Part shown: positions 34,660 to 35,983 of the stretch, piece after piece
Numbering within the stretch: position 1 is the first letter of the stretch
Layout of the letters: each line of letters starts with the position of its first letter
IMG/VR virus record: IMGVR_UViG_3300037482_000237
Coordinates: 1 to 35,983 of that record
From: a virus
Taxonomy: Duplodnaviria; Caudoviricetes
Reading direction: 5' to 3' (one strand)
Length of the DNA: 35,983 bases
Translations under genes and position numbers: made by a program
The notes under the pieces: generated by a model
What the model saw: only the letters and a program-made list of their open reading frames with translations
The model's database searches: none
What the model was told of the DNA's origin: nothing

Positions 34660-35179
34660 CGGTCATCTTCCGGCGCCGCGCGGCGGTCATGTCGGCCACG
34701 CCCTTCGGCGCCACCGTGTCGGCGGCCGCGGCCGCGCCGTCGTCGACGACGGTCCAGCGCAGGGCAGCCATCCCCTTGGGGGTGAGGCCGAGGCGGTCGT
34801 CGAGCTCGCGCATCTCCCGGCAGATCGCCAGCCGCCCGGTGGCGAGCGCGGCGAGGCGCTGGATGAGGCCCTTGAACGCGGTCGCGTCCTCGGGGTCAAG
34901 GCCGTCCAGGGTGTCGAGGGAGTGGACGGTGCCGATCGCGGCGAGGTCGTCCTCGAGGGACGCCCGGCGGGCGATCATCGCCTCGTGGCCGGGGGCCCAG
35001 GCGCAGGCCTGCGGCGTGGTCCAGGCCCAGCGCCACCATGCCTTGCCGCACTTGTCGAGCCTCACCCAGGTCGGCGGCCGCGGCACGGGGCCGGTGCGGC
35101 CGCCGACCGGAAGCTTCGTGGTGGGCACGGTGGGGGCGTTGCGGCGCCGCTTGGTCTCTGACGGGAGCGGTCCGGGCAT
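34649..35179 (-). CDS. terminase small subunit
   Basis: MPGPLP..RRRN N-terminus, W...W.TPQA..W, E.R.LDDRLGLTP..M..LRW; overlaps the large subunit. Confidence 0.85.
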   Translation of the reverse strand: MPGPLPSETKRRRNAPTVPTTKLPVGGRTGPVPRPPTWVRLDKCGKAWWRWAWTTPQACAWAPGHEAMIARRASLEDDLAAIGTVHSLDTLDGLDPEDATAFKGLIQRLAALATGRLAICREMRELDDRLGLTPKGMAALRWTVVDDGAAAAADTVAPKGVADMTAARRRKMTDAS

Positions 35180-35195
35180 GGCCGGTCACCTCCCG

Positions 35196-35780
35196 TCAGA
35201 TCAGCGAGTCGACCACCTCGGTCAGGTCGGCCAGTACGAGCGGCGCCTGGCCGTAGCGCTCGCCGAGGGCGATGTACCGGCCGCTGCCGTACACCTCGAT
35301 GCAGGCGCCGTCGGTGCGGCGGATACGGCGGCCGCGGGCGATGTGGCCGCGGCCCCAGATGTGCAGGCCGGTGCCGGAGGGCGAGACCTCGGTGTAGGTG
35401 GGCGGGCAGGCGTCGAGGATGCGCGCGGCCCACGGCGCGAGCTGGTCGCCGTCGAGGCAGTGGTCGAGGTCGAGGCAGACGACGCCGTCGCCGTCGGCCA
35501 GGACGTAGCCCAGCCCGGCGCCGTGCGGCGACGCGGCGGCCGCGGCGTGCCCGGCCCACGTCGCCGGATCGGTCGACGAGGCGGCGCGGCCGGTGTCGGC
35601 GCGCAGCGGAACCTTGTCGGCGCTGCGGCGCACCCACCGCTTGCGGGTGCGGAGCTCGGCCGGGATGGCGCGGCGGGCGCGGGAGCGGGCCTGCCGGCAG
35701 CGGTCCGAACAGGTCACCGCGTGCGACCGCGCCATCAGCGGCATCGGCCCCTCGCACTGCTCACACCCTCGCTGCTTCAT
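35196..35780 (-). CDS. stand-alone AEP primase-polymerase-like protein with N-terminal Zn finger
   Basis: CEQC...CSDRCR; SSTDPATW, LDLDHC (DxD), EVSPSGTGLHIW, IEVYGSGRY (NrS-1-type PrimPol motifs). Confidence 0.8.
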   Translation of the reverse strand: MKQRGCEQCEGPMPLMARSHAVTCSDRCRQARSRARRAIPAELRTRKRWVRRSADKVPLRADTGRAASSTDPATWAGHAAAAASPHGAGLGYVLADGDGVVCLDLDHCLDGDQLAPWAARILDACPPTYTEVSPSGTGLHIWGRGHIARGRRIRRTDGACIEVYGSGRYIALGERYGQAPLVLADLTEVVDSLI

Positions 35781-35786
35781 GCCCCC

Positions 35787-35815
35787 ATCCTACCGGACGC
35801 GTGTCACGCTTCCAA
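35787..35815 (-). promoter_or_regulatory. sigma70-type leaderless promoter at the head of the late operon
   Basis: TTGGAA-N17-TAGGAT-N6-ATG (35780); no SD sequence. Confidence 0.55.
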
Positions 35816-35983
35816 GCCCCTGACCAGGCACGACGCCTGTTGCTCAGATGGTTGGACGGCTGTGTGGCGTTCTGCCGTGCGGGGGGTCTGATCACTCCGG
35901 GGCCCGGCTGCTCGGCGGCCGGCGGTGCCTCCCAGGCCCGGGACGGGGCTGGACTCCGGAACCCGTACACGTCGCGGCTTGCT

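Noticed and set aside
18-35891. Numerous long + strand and alternate-frame ORFs (e.g. 9590-11257, 13361-14905, 31312-33045, 32936-34597)
   Set aside because: Shadow ORFs of high-GC coding DNA: Arg/Gly/Pro-rich, no motifs, and overlapping well-supported genes.
1-35983. tRNA, rRNA, CRISPR array, IS transposase
   Set aside because: No cloverleaf, repeat-spacer array or transposase motif was recognised by eye; tRNAscan/Infernal were not run.

Overview
High-GC actinobacterial (probably Streptomyces) temperate siphophage. The window holds almost the whole genome in excised/virion configuration: an intact attP-like 58-bp inverted repeat lies at 11463-11520, and the right end looks like the cos-proximal terminus. 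Nearly all genes are on the minus strand. Reading right to left, the late operon runs: stand-alone PrimPol-like gene, terminase small/large, portal, MuF-like protein, scaffold, major capsid, a translationally coupled four-gene insert (kinase, SAM methyltransferase, two glycosyltransferases), head-tail genes, an antisense HNH endonuclease, tail tube, frameshifted tail chaperones, tape measure, minor tails, a small helical protein, and the lysis and fibre-like genes. Next come a GntR module with its own operators, attP, a large serine integrase, a repressor/Cro switch, and an early operon with a replication initiator that contains a putative origin. The most notable element is the kinase+MTase+2xGT cassette behind the capsid gene, which looks like a virion glycosylation system with a split WbdD-like methyl-phosphate capping step. 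Also notable are RNA structures at the scaffold and tail-chaperone start sites, in-frame TTA (bldA) codons, and a possible nucleotide-sponge-like gene. All product calls come from motif recognition and synteny; no database search was run.
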